DNA from: Bradymonadales bacterium | GTDB lineage: Bacteria; Bdellovibrionota; UBA2394 | DNA length: 64,000 nucleotides | Assembly: GCA_007693605.1 (NCBI GenBank) | Contig: REDG01000045.1 | Span: 2,043-66,042, forward strand | Direction: 5' to 3' | Part shown: positions 9,569 through 21,255 of the stretch, piece after piece | Layout: each line of letters begins with the position of its first letter | Numbering within the stretch: the stretch's first letter is position 1 | Notes under the pieces: model-generated | The model's input: the letters and a program-made list of their open reading frames with translations, nothing else | What the model was told of the DNA's origin: nothing | Databases searched by the model: none | Translations under genes and position numbers: made by a program

Positions 9569-11088
9569 AGAGATTCGGTCCGACCGTTAAGCCGATTCTC
9601 AGTCACGAAGAGGCTTTGATTTTTGAGAAGTCAAAGCCCGGCCGACTTGGATATTCCCTTCCCCCGCTGGATGTGCCAGAGGTTCAACCTCAAGATTTAG
9701 GCGTAGCAAGCGAACAGGTCCGAACAGACGGAGCCCTGTTTCCAGAAGCTTCAGAAAATGAACTGGTGCGACACTTCACTCGGTTGTCTCAGAAAAACTG
9801 TGCCATTGATTTAGAACTCTATCCCTTGGGATCTTGCACGATGAAGTATAATCCCAAAATTAACGAAGAATTGGCGTCTTCGTTTGGCTTTGGAGATCTG
9901 CACCCCTTTTGGCCCTTGAACCGACTGCAGCCGGCTTTGGCGATTCAGTATCAAATTCAGGAGCTCCTCAAAATCTTGACCGGCCTCGGCGCCGTCAGTC
10001 TTCAGCCGAGTGCAGGGGCTCATGGCGAGTATGTCGGCATTAAGGTGATGCGGGCCTATCATCGAAGCAAGGGGCAGGATGAAAAGAAAACCAAAGTCTT
10101 GATTCCCGAGTCTGCTCACGGCACCAATCCCGCCACCTGTAGCATGGTCGGATACGAGATTGTTTCTATTCCGACCAACGAAAAGGGGATTGTCGAGCTA
10201 CAAGATGTTTTTGATTTGATAGACGATTCGACCGCCGGAATCATGATGACGAACCCCAACACTTTGGGCTTGTTTGAAACACAGCTGCCACAAATCGCCA
10301 AGAGACTGCACGAGGTAGATGGTCTCTTTTATATGGACGGAGCTAATTTTAATGCGCTTTTGGGAATTAGTTTTCCGGGAGATCTGGGAGTGGATCTCAT
10401 GCACATAAACCTCCATAAGACTTTCTCTACCCCTCATGGCGGCGGAGGTCCTGGGGCTGGGGCGGTCGCCGTCCGACAAGATCTAGAGAAGTTTCTGCCA
10501 AGCCCCTTGGTTGGAAAGACGGACAGTGAGTATTTTTGGAAGGAAAATGAAGCCTCAATCGGAAGAGTGGGTGGCTATTTCGGAAACTTTTCGATTCAAG
10601 TTCGGGCTCTTGCCTACCTATTGTCGATTGGCAATGATCCGAAAACGAAATCTCCTATCTTCAGAAGAATCTCAGAGGCGGCCGTACTGAATGCGAACTA
10701 CATCCGTGCCAGGCTAAAGGACTACTACCGAATTCCGTTTGACACGATCTGTATGCACGAAGTGCTTCTTTCAGATGAGCTTCAAAAGTCTCAAAAACTG
10801 AGCACCCAAGATATTGCAAAGAGGCTGATGGATTATGGCTATCACCCCATGACCGTCTATTTTCCTCTAGTTGTTTCTGGCGCCATGTTGATTGAGCCCA
10901 CAGAGAGCGAATCGAAAGAAAGCATAGACCGATTTTGCGAGGCGATGATTTCTATAGCGAGAGAGTGCCAAGAGAATCCAAAGCTCGTCTCAACCGCCCC
11001 TCACTCGTGCTTTCGAACTCGACCGGATGAGCTGCTCGCTCAAAAAAAGCCAAAACTTCGATGGCTGAGCGAAGAATCACTCCACTGA
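9565..11088 (+). CDS. gcvPB: Glycine dehydrogenase subunit 2
   Basis: YPLGSCTMKYNP, NLHKTFSTPHGGGGPG PLP site; start placed at the ATGA overlap with the gcvPA stop. Confidence 0.95.
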   Translation: MKRFGPTVKPILSHEEALIFEKSKPGRLGYSLPPLDVPEVQPQDLGVASEQVRTDGALFPEASENELVRHFTRLSQKNCAIDLELYPLGSCTMKYNPKINEELASSFGFGDLHPFWPLNRLQPALAIQYQIQELLKILTGLGAVSLQPSAGAHGEYVGIKVMRAYHRSKGQDEKKTKVLIPESAHGTNPATCSMVGYEIVSIPTNEKGIVELQDVFDLIDDSTAGIMMTNPNTLGLFETQLPQIAKRLHEVDGLFYMDGANFNALLGISFPGDLGVDLMHINLHKTFSTPHGGGGPGAGAVAVRQDLEKFLPSPLVGKTDSEYFWKENEASIGRVGGYFGNFSIQVRALAYLLSIGNDPKTKSPIFRRISEAAVLNANYIRARLKDYYRIPFDTICMHEVLLSDELQKSQKLSTQDIAKRLMDYGYHPMTVYFPLVVSGAMLIEPTESESKESIDRFCEAMISIARECQENPKLVSTAPHSCFRTRPDELLAQKKPKLRWLSEESLH

Positions 11089-11898
11089 ATATCCCCAGCC
11101 GGTCAAAAAGAAGATGAAACTCCAAGTGAGATAGATTAAGCCATCATCCTGAATCAAAGACTTCGGAGGGTTCGGAAAAGGACTTGAGTTCAAGAGCGTG
11201 TCGACAGCGTGTTGGTCATAGTGCGGAAAAAGGGTAGGACTCAAAATCTCCCAGCGCTGAATCTCTCCATTTTGATCGAGCACCAAGGCCACCGTTGTTG
11301 AAATCCGATCGTATCGTCGCATATCAGCTTGAAAGTAGTTCATTGGGTTCCACCGACTGCTAAGCCTGTCGCGCATTCGATTGATATAACCGGCATAGTC
11401 GAGACCAAAGGCGTTCAATTTCAACTCTTCGCCCTTCTCTAGCCTCTCCACAAAATCCCTCGAAAAGCGTCTCTGCCGAGGGAGCTCTCGGTCTTGCTGC
11501 CGAAGGGGCTCTCGAAGTTGATCCATCTCGATTGAACTCAACGAAAAACTCTCTAAAAGCTCTCTCGACTCCTGTTGAGGCGTCGACTCCGCCGACTCGC
11601 TTGGGCCCAGCTCTGAAATGTCAGGACTCGTTTCTTGTTCTGCCCGCAGGTCTCTTTCGCTCACAAAATCTGCCCGATCTGGCGCCTCGCTTGCAGCCTC
11701 CTGATCACTTGCCACGACTTGTCTTGAGGGCACTAAGTCAACCTGAATCAGGCGATCCTCTCGAACGGGTCGAAGGTCCATACTCGGCAAGAACTGAGAA
11801 AGGAAGACCAGACTCAAATGCGCCGCAATCGAAAATAACAAGCAAATTGTTAAAAGTTGGGTGCCAGAAATTCGAATTTGCTCTCTTTGCGTGCTCAC
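11077..11898 (-). CDS. TonB/TolA-like membrane-anchored energy transducer with TonB C-terminal domain
   Basis: TM helix with SIAAH motif, polar linker, C-terminal SSPFPNPPKSL; start moved to GTG at 11898. Confidence 0.75.
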   Translation of the reverse strand: MSTQREQIRISGTQLLTICLLFSIAAHLSLVFLSQFLPSMDLRPVREDRLIQVDLVPSRQVVASDQEAASEAPDRADFVSERDLRAEQETSPDISELGPSESAESTPQQESRELLESFSLSSIEMDQLREPLRQQDRELPRQRRFSRDFVERLEKGEELKLNAFGLDYAGYINRMRDRLSSRWNPMNYFQADMRRYDRISTTVALVLDQNGEIQRWEILSPTLFPHYDQHAVDTLLNSSPFPNPPKSLIQDDGLIYLTWSFIFFLTGWGYSVE

Positions 11899-12039
11899 AA
11901 TATCCCTACAAACATCATACAGTTGCGCAATCGAAAAGTCAGTGGAGTCTGCAAAATTTGCAGTGCAGCGCCTAAAAGTGTCAATTTTTACCTGCCCAGA
12001 GCCCTTCAAGTCGGCATTGCTTTTGCTTCCTCAAAGAGC

Positions 12040-12276
12040 ATGAAAAGATTAGTGCCCTATACTGTAGCCCTGTGTTCGATCCTATTCCTCTCTGCTTGTG
12101 GCGATGAAATTTGCACTCATCAAAGAGGTTCTAGTGGTCATAGTTCCATTCAAGGTGAAATCCCCTTATCGACTCGCTGTAATAGTCAATTTATTGGAGA
12201 AGGCTCAGACTATCTGAACAGCCTTCACCCGGGCAGTGATTCGGATCGCAATCCTACGGATAACTTTTTCGAATAA
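12040..12276 (+). CDS. Small lipoprotein
   Basis: MKRLVPYTVALCSILFLSAC signal peptide with lipobox LSAC; 78 aa. Confidence 0.65.
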   Translation: MKRLVPYTVALCSILFLSACGDEICTHQRGSSGHSSIQGEIPLSTRCNSQFIGEGSDYLNSLHPGSDSDRNPTDNFFE

Positions 12277-12330
12277 CTCTCTGACCAAAACATGGGACAG
12301 GTAAAAGAAAGAGATCGATAGAAGGCCCCA

Positions 12331-13608
12331 ATGAACTCAGGAATACAGCTACAGATTCAAGAACTCACCGAGAAGCGTCGTTACCGAAATCGAGTGGTTC
12401 GGGTAAATTCAGAGAGCATCACGATCGGCTCAGATGGTAGCCAAGACATTGACCTCACGGCCTTCGATCAGAACTTTGAAGTCGAAATCAAGTTTGACGG
12501 TAAAGACTGGTGGATTCTCAACCTTCATCGATCTCCTCAGCTCAGAATCAATGGAAGACTGATTGAAAAGGAAGCAAAGATTTCGGACTCTGATCGAATT
12601 CTGATCCACGAACACCAAATTCTTGTCCGATTCGAAGAACAGGGCAGTGAGAAGGCATCAACATACTCTTTTCATCACCGATTCGCGTCAGATCAAGAAT
12701 TATGGCGCCACCTTCTAGAAGAGAAGGAGTTCGACGAGGTCTTAATCAATGGCCCCTCGAAGATTTTCGTCGACTATCAGGGGCAGCTTCTTTTAAGCCC
12801 CTGGAAGTTCAAGTCAAAGGACTTCATCCCCTCAATCATTCGAGCTCAGGGGAAGACAGAGGGTTGGGTGTCTTGGCAGATCAATCGAAGCCTAAGACTG
12901 CAGGCCGCACTCCCTCCGATTGTCGACGAGGCCCATCTCAGCATTCGAAAGGCGAGACAAAGTGTATTTAGTTTGACCGAACTTGAAGATCGGGACTTCA
13001 TGAGCCCAGAACTCGCAAGAAGTCTTCGAGAGGCCGTGAAGAGAAGAGAGAGCATCCTCATTTCAGGGGGAACCTCGACCGGCAAGACCGTGCTTCTTAG
13101 AAGTTTGGTCCAAGAAGTGCCAGAAGACCAGAGGGTCATCATTGTTGAAGAAGAGGCAGAAACAAACTGGCCTCATCCCCATGCCGTCTCGATCGAATCT
13201 GGTCGTGGCAATGTGGAGACCTCAGTGAAGGAATGTCTCCGATTTCGACCAGACCGACTGATCATCAGTGAGATTCGAGGGGGGGAGGCTTTTGATTTTC
13301 TTCAGGCCATCAACACCGGGCATGCGGGCAGTATGACGACGATTCACGCCAACTCCCCAAGAGAGGCCCTTCAACGAATCGAGACTTTAATCCTTGCACG
13401 AGGATTGGCCGTCTCTCCAGAAGCGGTTCGTCAGCAACTTTCTCAGGCCATTCGCTTGGTGGTGCAACTTGAGCGAGACGATAGTGGTCATCGAAGAATC
13501 TCTCAAATTATGAGAGTCACAGGAATCCAGAACTCGGTCATCTTGATGGGAGATGTTTCGAAGCTTGAAGGATTCGGAATCCAAACAGAGCTAAAACAAA
13601 TAAAATAA
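12331..13608 (+). CDS. FHA-like domain fused to CpaF/TadA/VirB11-family ATPase
   Basis: Walker A GGTSTGKT, LRFRPDRLIISEIRGGEA, AINTGHAGSMTTIHANS; N-terminal beta domain (ITIGSD...LRINGR...SDRILI). Confidence 0.85.
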   Translation: MNSGIQLQIQELTEKRRYRNRVVRVNSESITIGSDGSQDIDLTAFDQNFEVEIKFDGKDWWILNLHRSPQLRINGRLIEKEAKISDSDRILIHEHQILVRFEEQGSEKASTYSFHHRFASDQELWRHLLEEKEFDEVLINGPSKIFVDYQGQLLLSPWKFKSKDFIPSIIRAQGKTEGWVSWQINRSLRLQAALPPIVDEAHLSIRKARQSVFSLTELEDRDFMSPELARSLREAVKRRESILISGGTSTGKTVLLRSLVQEVPEDQRVIIVEEEAETNWPHPHAVSIESGRGNVETSVKECLRFRPDRLIISEIRGGEAFDFLQAINTGHAGSMTTIHANSPREALQRIETLILARGLAVSPEAVRQQLSQAIRLVVQLERDDSGHRRISQIMRVTGIQNSVILMGDVSKLEGFGIQTELKQIK

Positions 13609-15025
13609 ACAGAAAGGCCCAAGAAATTGGCCTGGTGTGAGGAGAGAGCATACAACCTCCCGCGCGCCATTCTTGGTCGAACGCGAACTCTTCTTGTAGC
13701 AAGGGAAGAATGTCTTTCATCACATAGTCGGACAATGTCTCATGAGTGGCACCCTGAGCACTGATGGGATCACTGTTGGCGAGGCTTTCATTTGTAATCA
13801 ACTCCACTCCTCGATTTGGAACACCATGAAGAACATGAAGCGTAGCGGCCAAGATTGCCAGTCTCGGAGAGTAGAAACTGGTCTCTCGATTGGACTCCCT
13901 AGCCTTTCCGTCGTAGAAGTTCGGAGAGAAATAGGTCGGAAGGCCCGTAGAAACAGCCCAGTCTCCGAAGAGAAAAGGTCGACTCATGAGGTCACTTGAA
14001 ACTTGAGAGAGTAGAATATAATCGCCAGGGGGAATTTCCCGAAAAGAAAAGCTTCCGTCCTCTCTTGTCCAAGACACGGCATCCACTAGATCCCAATTGT
14101 TGTCAGACTTCGAGTACTCTTCTAGCTTTAAAGAGGGGATGAGCAGAACACTAGCACCCGCGATCGGCTCTCCGTCGAGACCGCTCATAATCTTCCCTTC
14201 AAGCTTGGTGCCTTGCAGATTGTTCCCATAAAGATAGCGAAGCCAAGCGACTTCTTGCACCCGTCCCAAATGCGTTCTCTGCCTGTTTGGTTCAAAAATA
14301 GGATTCATCACCGAACGAGCATGTGTCGAAGCTTCAAGCCCTAAGGCCCGCCCTATTTCAAAGACTAAGACCGACCGAACTGAATAAAATGATTGAAACT
14401 GCTGACTCAAGCATTGACTCGAACAGCTTTTCCAGGGGGAGTATCGTGGATTTAAAAATATCCCAGTCCAATCGGCGGTGGCGAGAGAACGAAAATCGTC
14501 CACACTAAAAATCTGCTTAAGATCACTTCTGGCCCCTACTTGAAAGCTAGGAATTTCTGAGTCTGAAAAAGAAAAGAGCCAATGCTTCTCTACGATGGCT
14601 TGGCCCTCTGAATCAAGAATCAGCTCATCAGCTTCGTCCTTTAGATAAGGAATTCTGGCCTCGTCCACAAAGCCAAGAAAACTTGCTTCTAGTTCGATCT
14701 CCCCAAGTTGTTCATTCCAAAAGGACAGCGCTGACTTGACGGTATCCCTGATTGCTTTGGCTGCAACACTCTCATGGGTCATCCCTTCAGGAATATGAAG
14801 CTTCCAAGAAATGCAGATTTTCTCAAGCTCGGCCGGACAGTCGGAGTGAACGATGTTTGGTATCCATCGAGCTTCAAAATCCCCCTCACTTAACTCCTGG
14901 AGGGATCTCTTGTTTCCTTCTGTATCGAAGAGATGAAGTCGCAGCCCATCCGCTTGAAGCTCAAGACTCCAGCCTAAGATGACGGCACCCAAAATCAACG
15001 AAATTGCCTGTTTGAAGCAGAACAT
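13538..15025 (-). CDS. Secreted matrixin-like protein with degenerate active site, carboxypeptidase-regulatory-like domain and C-terminal membrane anchor
   Basis: Signal peptide; FEIGRALGLEAS..SVMNP; GEPIAGASV..TREDGSFSFREIPPGDY; GGC + TM + basic tail. Confidence 0.7.
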   Translation of the reverse strand: MFCFKQAISLILGAVILGWSLELQADGLRLHLFDTEGNKRSLQELSEGDFEARWIPNIVHSDCPAELEKICISWKLHIPEGMTHESVAAKAIRDTVKSALSFWNEQLGEIELEASFLGFVDEARIPYLKDEADELILDSEGQAIVEKHWLFSFSDSEIPSFQVGARSDLKQIFSVDDFRSLATADWTGIFLNPRYSPWKSCSSQCLSQQFQSFYSVRSVLVFEIGRALGLEASTHARSVMNPIFEPNRQRTHLGRVQEVAWLRYLYGNNLQGTKLEGKIMSGLDGEPIAGASVLLIPSLKLEEYSKSDNNWDLVDAVSWTREDGSFSFREIPPGDYILLSQVSSDLMSRPFLFGDWAVSTGLPTYFSPNFYDGKARESNRETSFYSPRLAILAATLHVLHGVPNRGVELITNESLANSDPISAQGATHETLSDYVMKDILPLLQEEFAFDQEWRAGGCMLSPHTRPISWAFLFILFVLALFGFRILQASKHLPSR

Positions 15026-15160
15026 GAACTCTTATTTCCCCTAGACTAGAGCCATGCAAGCCCTATGCTCAAACCATCATAGTAATTTCAACAGTTTAGA
15101 GGCCATTCGAAAGCGAACTGCCCCATTCCTGTCGCAAAGAAGGCCCGGTAGACTTGAGTT

Positions 15161-15730
15161 ATGGGGAAGATCCTAGGCTCAGGGATTGATCAACGGCTGC
15201 AGGCTCTCGACCGAGGCTTAGAGAATCTTAAAAGTCTTTATGAACAGTACTTCTGTGGCTTGATTCGAAGGGAGCCCATTGACGAGCATAGAAATTGGAA
15301 GAGAGAGCTTAACTCAATCAGCTCAACCGATCTCTCTTCGGCCCCCTACAAGTTTCGATACAAAAACTTGAAGGCCAGACATCTAAGCTATTCTCGTCTT
15401 TGGGAGAGAACGGTTTTGGCCATTGAAGAGGGCCGATTTGTTCGAGAGCATCACCGAATAAAGAATCGGCCAAAAAGCACTGATCAGAAGCCGTCTTCAG
15501 AAGATAGTCAGGCTCTGGCCGTTGATCGAGACAAGCTTGAGAAGCTCTATCTCAACCTAAAATCAAAGTTGGGGAATGATCAGAAGATCCCCCAGAAAGA
15601 AAGGTTTTTTGATCAGGTACAACTTCAGATCGCCCGATTCAAAGAAAAGAACCCCAATCAAAAATTTCAGATTAAAGTGGCTAAAGATCCGGCCGGAAAG
15701 TTCCAGCTGAAGATTCAAAAGAAATCTTAA
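15161..15730 (+). CDS. MXAN_5187 C-terminal domain-like protein
   Basis: LKSLYEQYFCGLIRREP, FRYKNLKARHLSYSRLWER, C-terminal FQIKVAKDPAGKFQLK pattern. Confidence 0.65.
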   Translation: MGKILGSGIDQRLQALDRGLENLKSLYEQYFCGLIRREPIDEHRNWKRELNSISSTDLSSAPYKFRYKNLKARHLSYSRLWERTVLAIEEGRFVREHHRIKNRPKSTDQKPSSEDSQALAVDRDKLEKLYLNLKSKLGNDQKIPQKERFFDQVQLQIARFKEKNPNQKFQIKVAKDPAGKFQLKIQKKS

Positions 15731-15732
15731 TC

Positions 15733-15990
15733 CTAAACTGGGGATCTTTTTTCCTTCTTTAGATCCGCCTGGCCTTTGAGTCTCTTGTAGAGACCAGAGC
15801 CAATAAAAATCGGGGCTGCAATCGCACATGCAGGACACAGGCTTCCCAGGGTCGCCATCGTCAAACCACCATAAGTCGTAAAGCCTAGTCCCACAAGAAA
15901 ATCAAAACTTCCTCGGTCGGGACTCAGCCGTTTGTAGCGGCTCAAGCGACCTGTTGTCTTCTCGGCTTTCTTTTGGTCTTCATTCCCCAT
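15733..15990 (-). CDS. Small membrane protein with CPAC motif
   Basis: GAGGTG SD; two hydrophobic segments flanking LCPAC. Confidence 0.6.
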   Translation of the reverse strand: MGNEDQKKAEKTTGRLSRYKRLSPDRGSFDFLVGLGFTTYGGLTMATLGSLCPACAIAAPIFIGSGLYKRLKGQADLKKEKRSPV

Positions 15991-16059
15991 GAGAGCACCT
16001 CACCCACTTGTTCGTTCCCAAAGCAGAAAAGGTTACAGACATTTACTAAAGCATGGAAT

Positions 16060-16314
16060 TCAGGCGGCTTTTGCCTCGGAACACAGAACCATCACCACAG
16101 AGCCTTCAACCTTTAGCACGCCTTCACTTAAACTAAACTCTGCCACGCTTTGCTTGTTCCTTCTGAGAAGAAGCGGACCCGGTCGAATGAAGCTGACAAA
16201 GTTCGTATGCCTTTCAAGGATATTCAACTGACCAGCCTCTCCCTCAATCACGAGATCGTCGACTGAATCATCAAAAATCACCCGTTCTGGGGTGGCCACT
16301 TTAACCTGAAACAT
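16060..16314 (-). CDS. atpC: ATP synthase epsilon subunit, N-terminal domain only
   Basis: VATPER, GEAGQLNILERH; last gene of the F1 operon; 84 aa. Confidence 0.9.
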   Translation of the reverse strand: MFQVKVATPERVIFDDSVDDLVIEGEAGQLNILERHTNFVSFIRPGPLLLRRNKQSVAEFSLSEGVLKVEGSVVMVLCSEAKAA

Positions 16315-16316
16315 TC

Positions 16317-17774
<1,458 letters not shown>

Positions 17775-17802
17775 CTAAAAATCTTCTCTATAAAACTTCT
17801 AT

Positions 17803-18672
17803 TTAAGCAATCGCCTCGGCTCCGCCAATGATCTCCATCAGCTCCTTGGTAATTGCCGCCTGACGGGCTCTGTTTTTCTTCAAGGTGAGTCTTCCGATCA
17901 TATCCCTCGCATTATTACTGGCAGAGTCCATGGCCGCCATTCTTGCCGCATGCTCAGACGCAAAGGACTCCAAAAACGCTCGATAGATCTGAAAGTCAAT
18001 CAACATCGGAAGCAAGTCTCTTACCAAGACCTTCGCCTCTGGCTCATACTTAAAGCTCTTCAAGCTAGACTCAAGCCCCTCTTCTCCGTCTTCGAGTTGA
18101 CTCTCAATCGATAGGGGAAGAAGCCTCTCTACCCGAGGCTTCTGAACGACCGGAGAGAAAAACTCATTGTAGACCACATCGATCCGATCAACGGCCTCAG
18201 AGCTAAACTTAGATTGAAGCTCACTCGAAATCTCTTTCACGAAACTGAAGTCCACTCGCTTCATCAAGTCGACTTCTTTTTTAAAGATCGGCACGGATCG
18301 CTTCTGAAAGTAATTCACGGCCTTCTTTCCAAAAGCAAAGACCTCAGTCGAAATTCCTGAACTTTCAATCTCTTTGTGAGCGCGCTTTAAAAGATTAGAA
18401 GTCAAACTGCCGCACAAGCCCCGATCTGCACCAATCACCACCACTAAAGCCTTCTCTACTTTTCTTTCGTGGCAGAGTGGCGAGTCCAATTCATGCTCTG
18501 CCAGAATGTTGCGCACGATTTTTTGCAGCTCCTCGGCGTAGGGTCGAGAGGCTTGAGCTCTCTCTTGCGCTCGGCGCAGCTTCGCGGCGGAAACCATCTT
18601 CATGGCTTTCGTAATCTTCTGAGTGTTCTTTACACTCGAGATTCGCTTTCGAATTTCCTTCAAGCCCGACAA
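17803..18672 (-). CDS. atpG: ATP synthase gamma subunit
   Basis: KITKAMKMVSAAKL, DRGLCG, RQAAITKELMEI. Confidence 0.97.
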   Translation of the reverse strand: MSGLKEIRKRISSVKNTQKITKAMKMVSAAKLRRAQERAQASRPYAEELQKIVRNILAEHELDSPLCHERKVEKALVVVIGADRGLCGSLTSNLLKRAHKEIESSGISTEVFAFGKKAVNYFQKRSVPIFKKEVDLMKRVDFSFVKEISSELQSKFSSEAVDRIDVVYNEFFSPVVQKPRVERLLPLSIESQLEDGEEGLESSLKSFKYEPEAKVLVRDLLPMLIDFQIYRAFLESFASEHAARMAAMDSASNNARDMIGRLTLKKNRARQAAITKELMEIIGGAEAIA

Positions 18673-18674
18673 AT

Positions 18675-20204
18675 CTACTTCTCCGACTTCATCTGAAACT
18701 GAAAATGATCTTCTTTAAATCTTTTAATAGCCGCTTCCAATGTCGGCCTCATGGCGTCATCCAAGACTTTCTTGTTTCGAATGTCGTCTAGAAGGCCCTG
18801 ATGATGGCTTTCGAGGAAGGGCAGAAACTCATCTTCAAAAGCCTTCACTCGATTCGCCGGAATCTCGTCAAGAAAGCCATTCACTCCAGCAAAAATCATC
18901 ACCACCTGCTTCTCAACCGGATAGGGGCTGTATTGACCCTGTTTCAAAATTTCAACAAGCCGAGCTCCTCGATTGAGCTGTTTCTGAGTGGCGGCGTCCA
19001 AATCACTTCCGAACTGTGCAAAAGACTCGAGCTCTCGATACTGGGCCAGATTTAACCTCAAACTGCCTGCCACAGATTTCATCGCCTTAATCTGGGCGCT
19101 CCCTCCAACCCGCGAGACCGAGTTTCCAACATTGATCGCTGGACGAACCCCAGAGTAAAACAAATCGGTCTCCAAAAATATCTGACCATCGGTAATAGAA
19201 ATCACATTGGTTGGGATATAGGCAGAAACATCTCCCGCTTGAGTCTCAATAATCGGAAGCGCGGTCAGCGAACCCGAACCCCTTTCGTTTGAAAGCTTGC
19301 ACGCCCTCTCTAGCAGCCGTGAATGGATGTAAAAGACATCCCCCGGATAAGCCTCTCGACCAGGAGGCCTTCGAAGCAAAAGAGAAAGCTGCCGATAGGC
19401 GACCGCTTGCTTCGACAAGTCATCGTAAATGATCAGAGCATGTTTTCCCTTGTCTCGAAAATACTCTGCCATGGCGCATCCGGAGTACGGGGCCAAAAAC
19501 TGAAGTGTGGCCGAATCGGTGGCTGAAGCTGAAATGACAGTCGTGTACTCCATGGCCCCAAACTTCTCTAGTTTTGCTACCACTTGAGCAACGGATGATT
19601 GCTTTTGCCCAATCGCGACATAAAAGCAAAGAACCCCCTGGCCCTTCTGGTTAATGATAGTGTCAATTGCAATCGCCGTCTTTCCAGTCTGACGATCCCC
19701 AATAATCAATTCGCGCTGTCCACGACCAATCGGAATCATTGCATCGATCGCCTTGATGCCGGTCTGCATCGGCTCCTTTACGCTCTGCCGAGGAACAATG
19801 CCGGGAGCCTTTTCTTCAATCGGTCGGCGGTCTTTTGAATTGATGGGCCCTTTTCCGTCGATGGCATTTCCAAGCCCATCGACGACTCGACCCAAAAGAG
19901 CTTCGCCTACTGGCACCGACGCAATCTCGCCAGTTCTCTTAACGCTGTCGCCCTCTTTGATCTTCTCGTACTCCCCGAGCACAGCAATTCCCACATCCGA
20001 ACTCTCGAGGTTCAGAACCAGCCCTTTTACATTGTTTGAAAACTCTACCAACTCTCCGTAGATAGCGGACTCCAAACCGTAAACACGAGCGATCCCGTCA
20101 CTGGCCGAGATCACGGTTCCGGTGTCTTTCGCCTCTAAAACTCTCTCAAATTTCCTGATTTTTGATTTGAGAATATCCCTGACTTCTTCTGCACGAATTG
20201 CCAT
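18675..20204 (-). CDS. atpA: ATP synthase alpha subunit
   Basis: [23 protein letters not shown]. Confidence 0.98.
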   Translation of the reverse strand: MAIRAEEVRDILKSKIRKFERVLEAKDTGTVISASDGIARVYGLESAIYGELVEFSNNVKGLVLNLESSDVGIAVLGEYEKIKEGDSVKRTGEIASVPVGEALLGRVVDGLGNAIDGKGPINSKDRRPIEEKAPGIVPRQSVKEPMQTGIKAIDAMIPIGRGQRELIIGDRQTGKTAIAIDTIINQKGQGVLCFYVAIGQKQSSVAQVVAKLEKFGAMEYTTVISASATDSATLQFLAPYSGCAMAEYFRDKGKHALIIYDDLSKQAVAYRQLSLLLRRPPGREAYPGDVFYIHSRLLERACKLSNERGSGSLTALPIIETQAGDVSAYIPTNVISITDGQIFLETDLFYSGVRPAINVGNSVSRVGGSAQIKAMKSVAGSLRLNLAQYRELESFAQFGSDLDAATQKQLNRGARLVEILKQGQYSPYPVEKQVVMIFAGVNGFLDEIPANRVKAFEDEFLPFLESHHQGLLDDIRNKKVLDDAMRPTLEAAIKRFKEDHFQFQMKSEK

Positions 20205-20225
20205 TTTTTTCCTCTCTACGCTTCT

Positions 20226-20783
20226 TTAAACCGCAGGCTTTGCGATACTTTGCTTTAATCGATTCAATTGTGTCTGAACACTTCCATCAAAACTTCGGCC
20301 TCGAGCCACCGCCACAAAACCGCCAACAAGACTCGGCACTTCCTTGATCTGAATTCTCAAGGATCTTTTCCACTGCTTTTCTAAAAAGTCCCGAATTCGG
20401 TTCTTCGTGGGCTCTTCTATCGATCGGGCCAATCTCAACTCGACGCTCAGCTCTCCAGCCTCTTCTTCCACTAGCTGTTGAAATATATCAACAATATCAT
20501 CTAGGACGGAAAAGCGATCCGCCTGAACAAGAAGACAGAAAAACCGATACGACTTCTCAACAACAGCCTCTAAAGATTTCAGGGCTTCAAGCTTGTCTTC
20601 TTTGCTCACAATCGGGCTTAAAAAAAACTTTCTAATCTGAGGGTCTGAGCGAAAGCAGCTTTGAAACAGCTTTAACTCTTCAAGAACCGATGCGGCATCC
20701 GACCCCTCGGCGTCCGAACTCGACTGACAGAGCTCAAAAAGGGCCTTCGCATATCGGCTTGCGGCCTCTCTTTCACGACGCAT
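20226..20783 (-). CDS. atpH: ATP synthase delta subunit
   Basis: RYAKALFE, PSLVGG, FDGSVQTQL; operon position. Confidence 0.9.
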   Translation of the reverse strand: MRREREAASRYAKALFELCQSSSDAEGSDAASVLEELKLFQSCFRSDPQIRKFFLSPIVSKEDKLEALKSLEAVVEKSYRFFCLLVQADRFSVLDDIVDIFQQLVEEEAGELSVELRLARSIEEPTKNRIRDFLEKQWKRSLRIQIKEVPSLVGGFVAVARGRSFDGSVQTQLNRLKQSIAKPAV

Positions 20784-21255
20784 AATTCTTCCTCTCTGAG
20801 TCGCTAGAGCTTGCCGAAAGCATTTCAGAAATCCATAGCTCTTCAGACTTTTTCATATAACTTCTCATCTCTGCCTCAGCCTCTTCAAAGGCCGCCTGAA
20901 CAAGTCGCTCTTTAAAATCTTCTTTCGCTCTCTCAAGGCTTTGCTGATTCTTCAAATCCGCATCCGAAAGCATTCGACGAATCACTAAGTCCGTCTCTTT
21001 TTTATGCCTTAAACACTCAGTTTCTATAGCCGCAGAAGCGGTCTTTTTAATGTTTAAAATCTCAGTGTCGAGTCCATCAATCCTCGCGAGCATCTCATCA
21101 TACTTCGTCTTGATCTCAATAAAATCTTTTTCAGCCTCATCGATTGCAGTCGACAGTTCGGCCCGTTGATCCTGAAAATACTTTCTAAGCTTGTTGCGGC
21201 TGAGAAAATAAATCAGTCCGACAAGAATCAGCAAGTTGATCGTATGAAAAATCAT
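20773..21255 (-). CDS. atpF: ATP synthase Fo subunit b
   Basis: N-terminal TM (INLLILVGLI) plus coiled coil; operon position. Confidence 0.8.
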   Translation of the reverse strand: MIFHTINLLILVGLIYFLSRNKLRKYFQDQRAELSTAIDEAEKDFIEIKTKYDEMLARIDGLDTEILNIKKTASAAIETECLRHKKETDLVIRRMLSDADLKNQQSLERAKEDFKERLVQAAFEEAEAEMRSYMKKSEELWISEMLSASSSDSERKNYAS

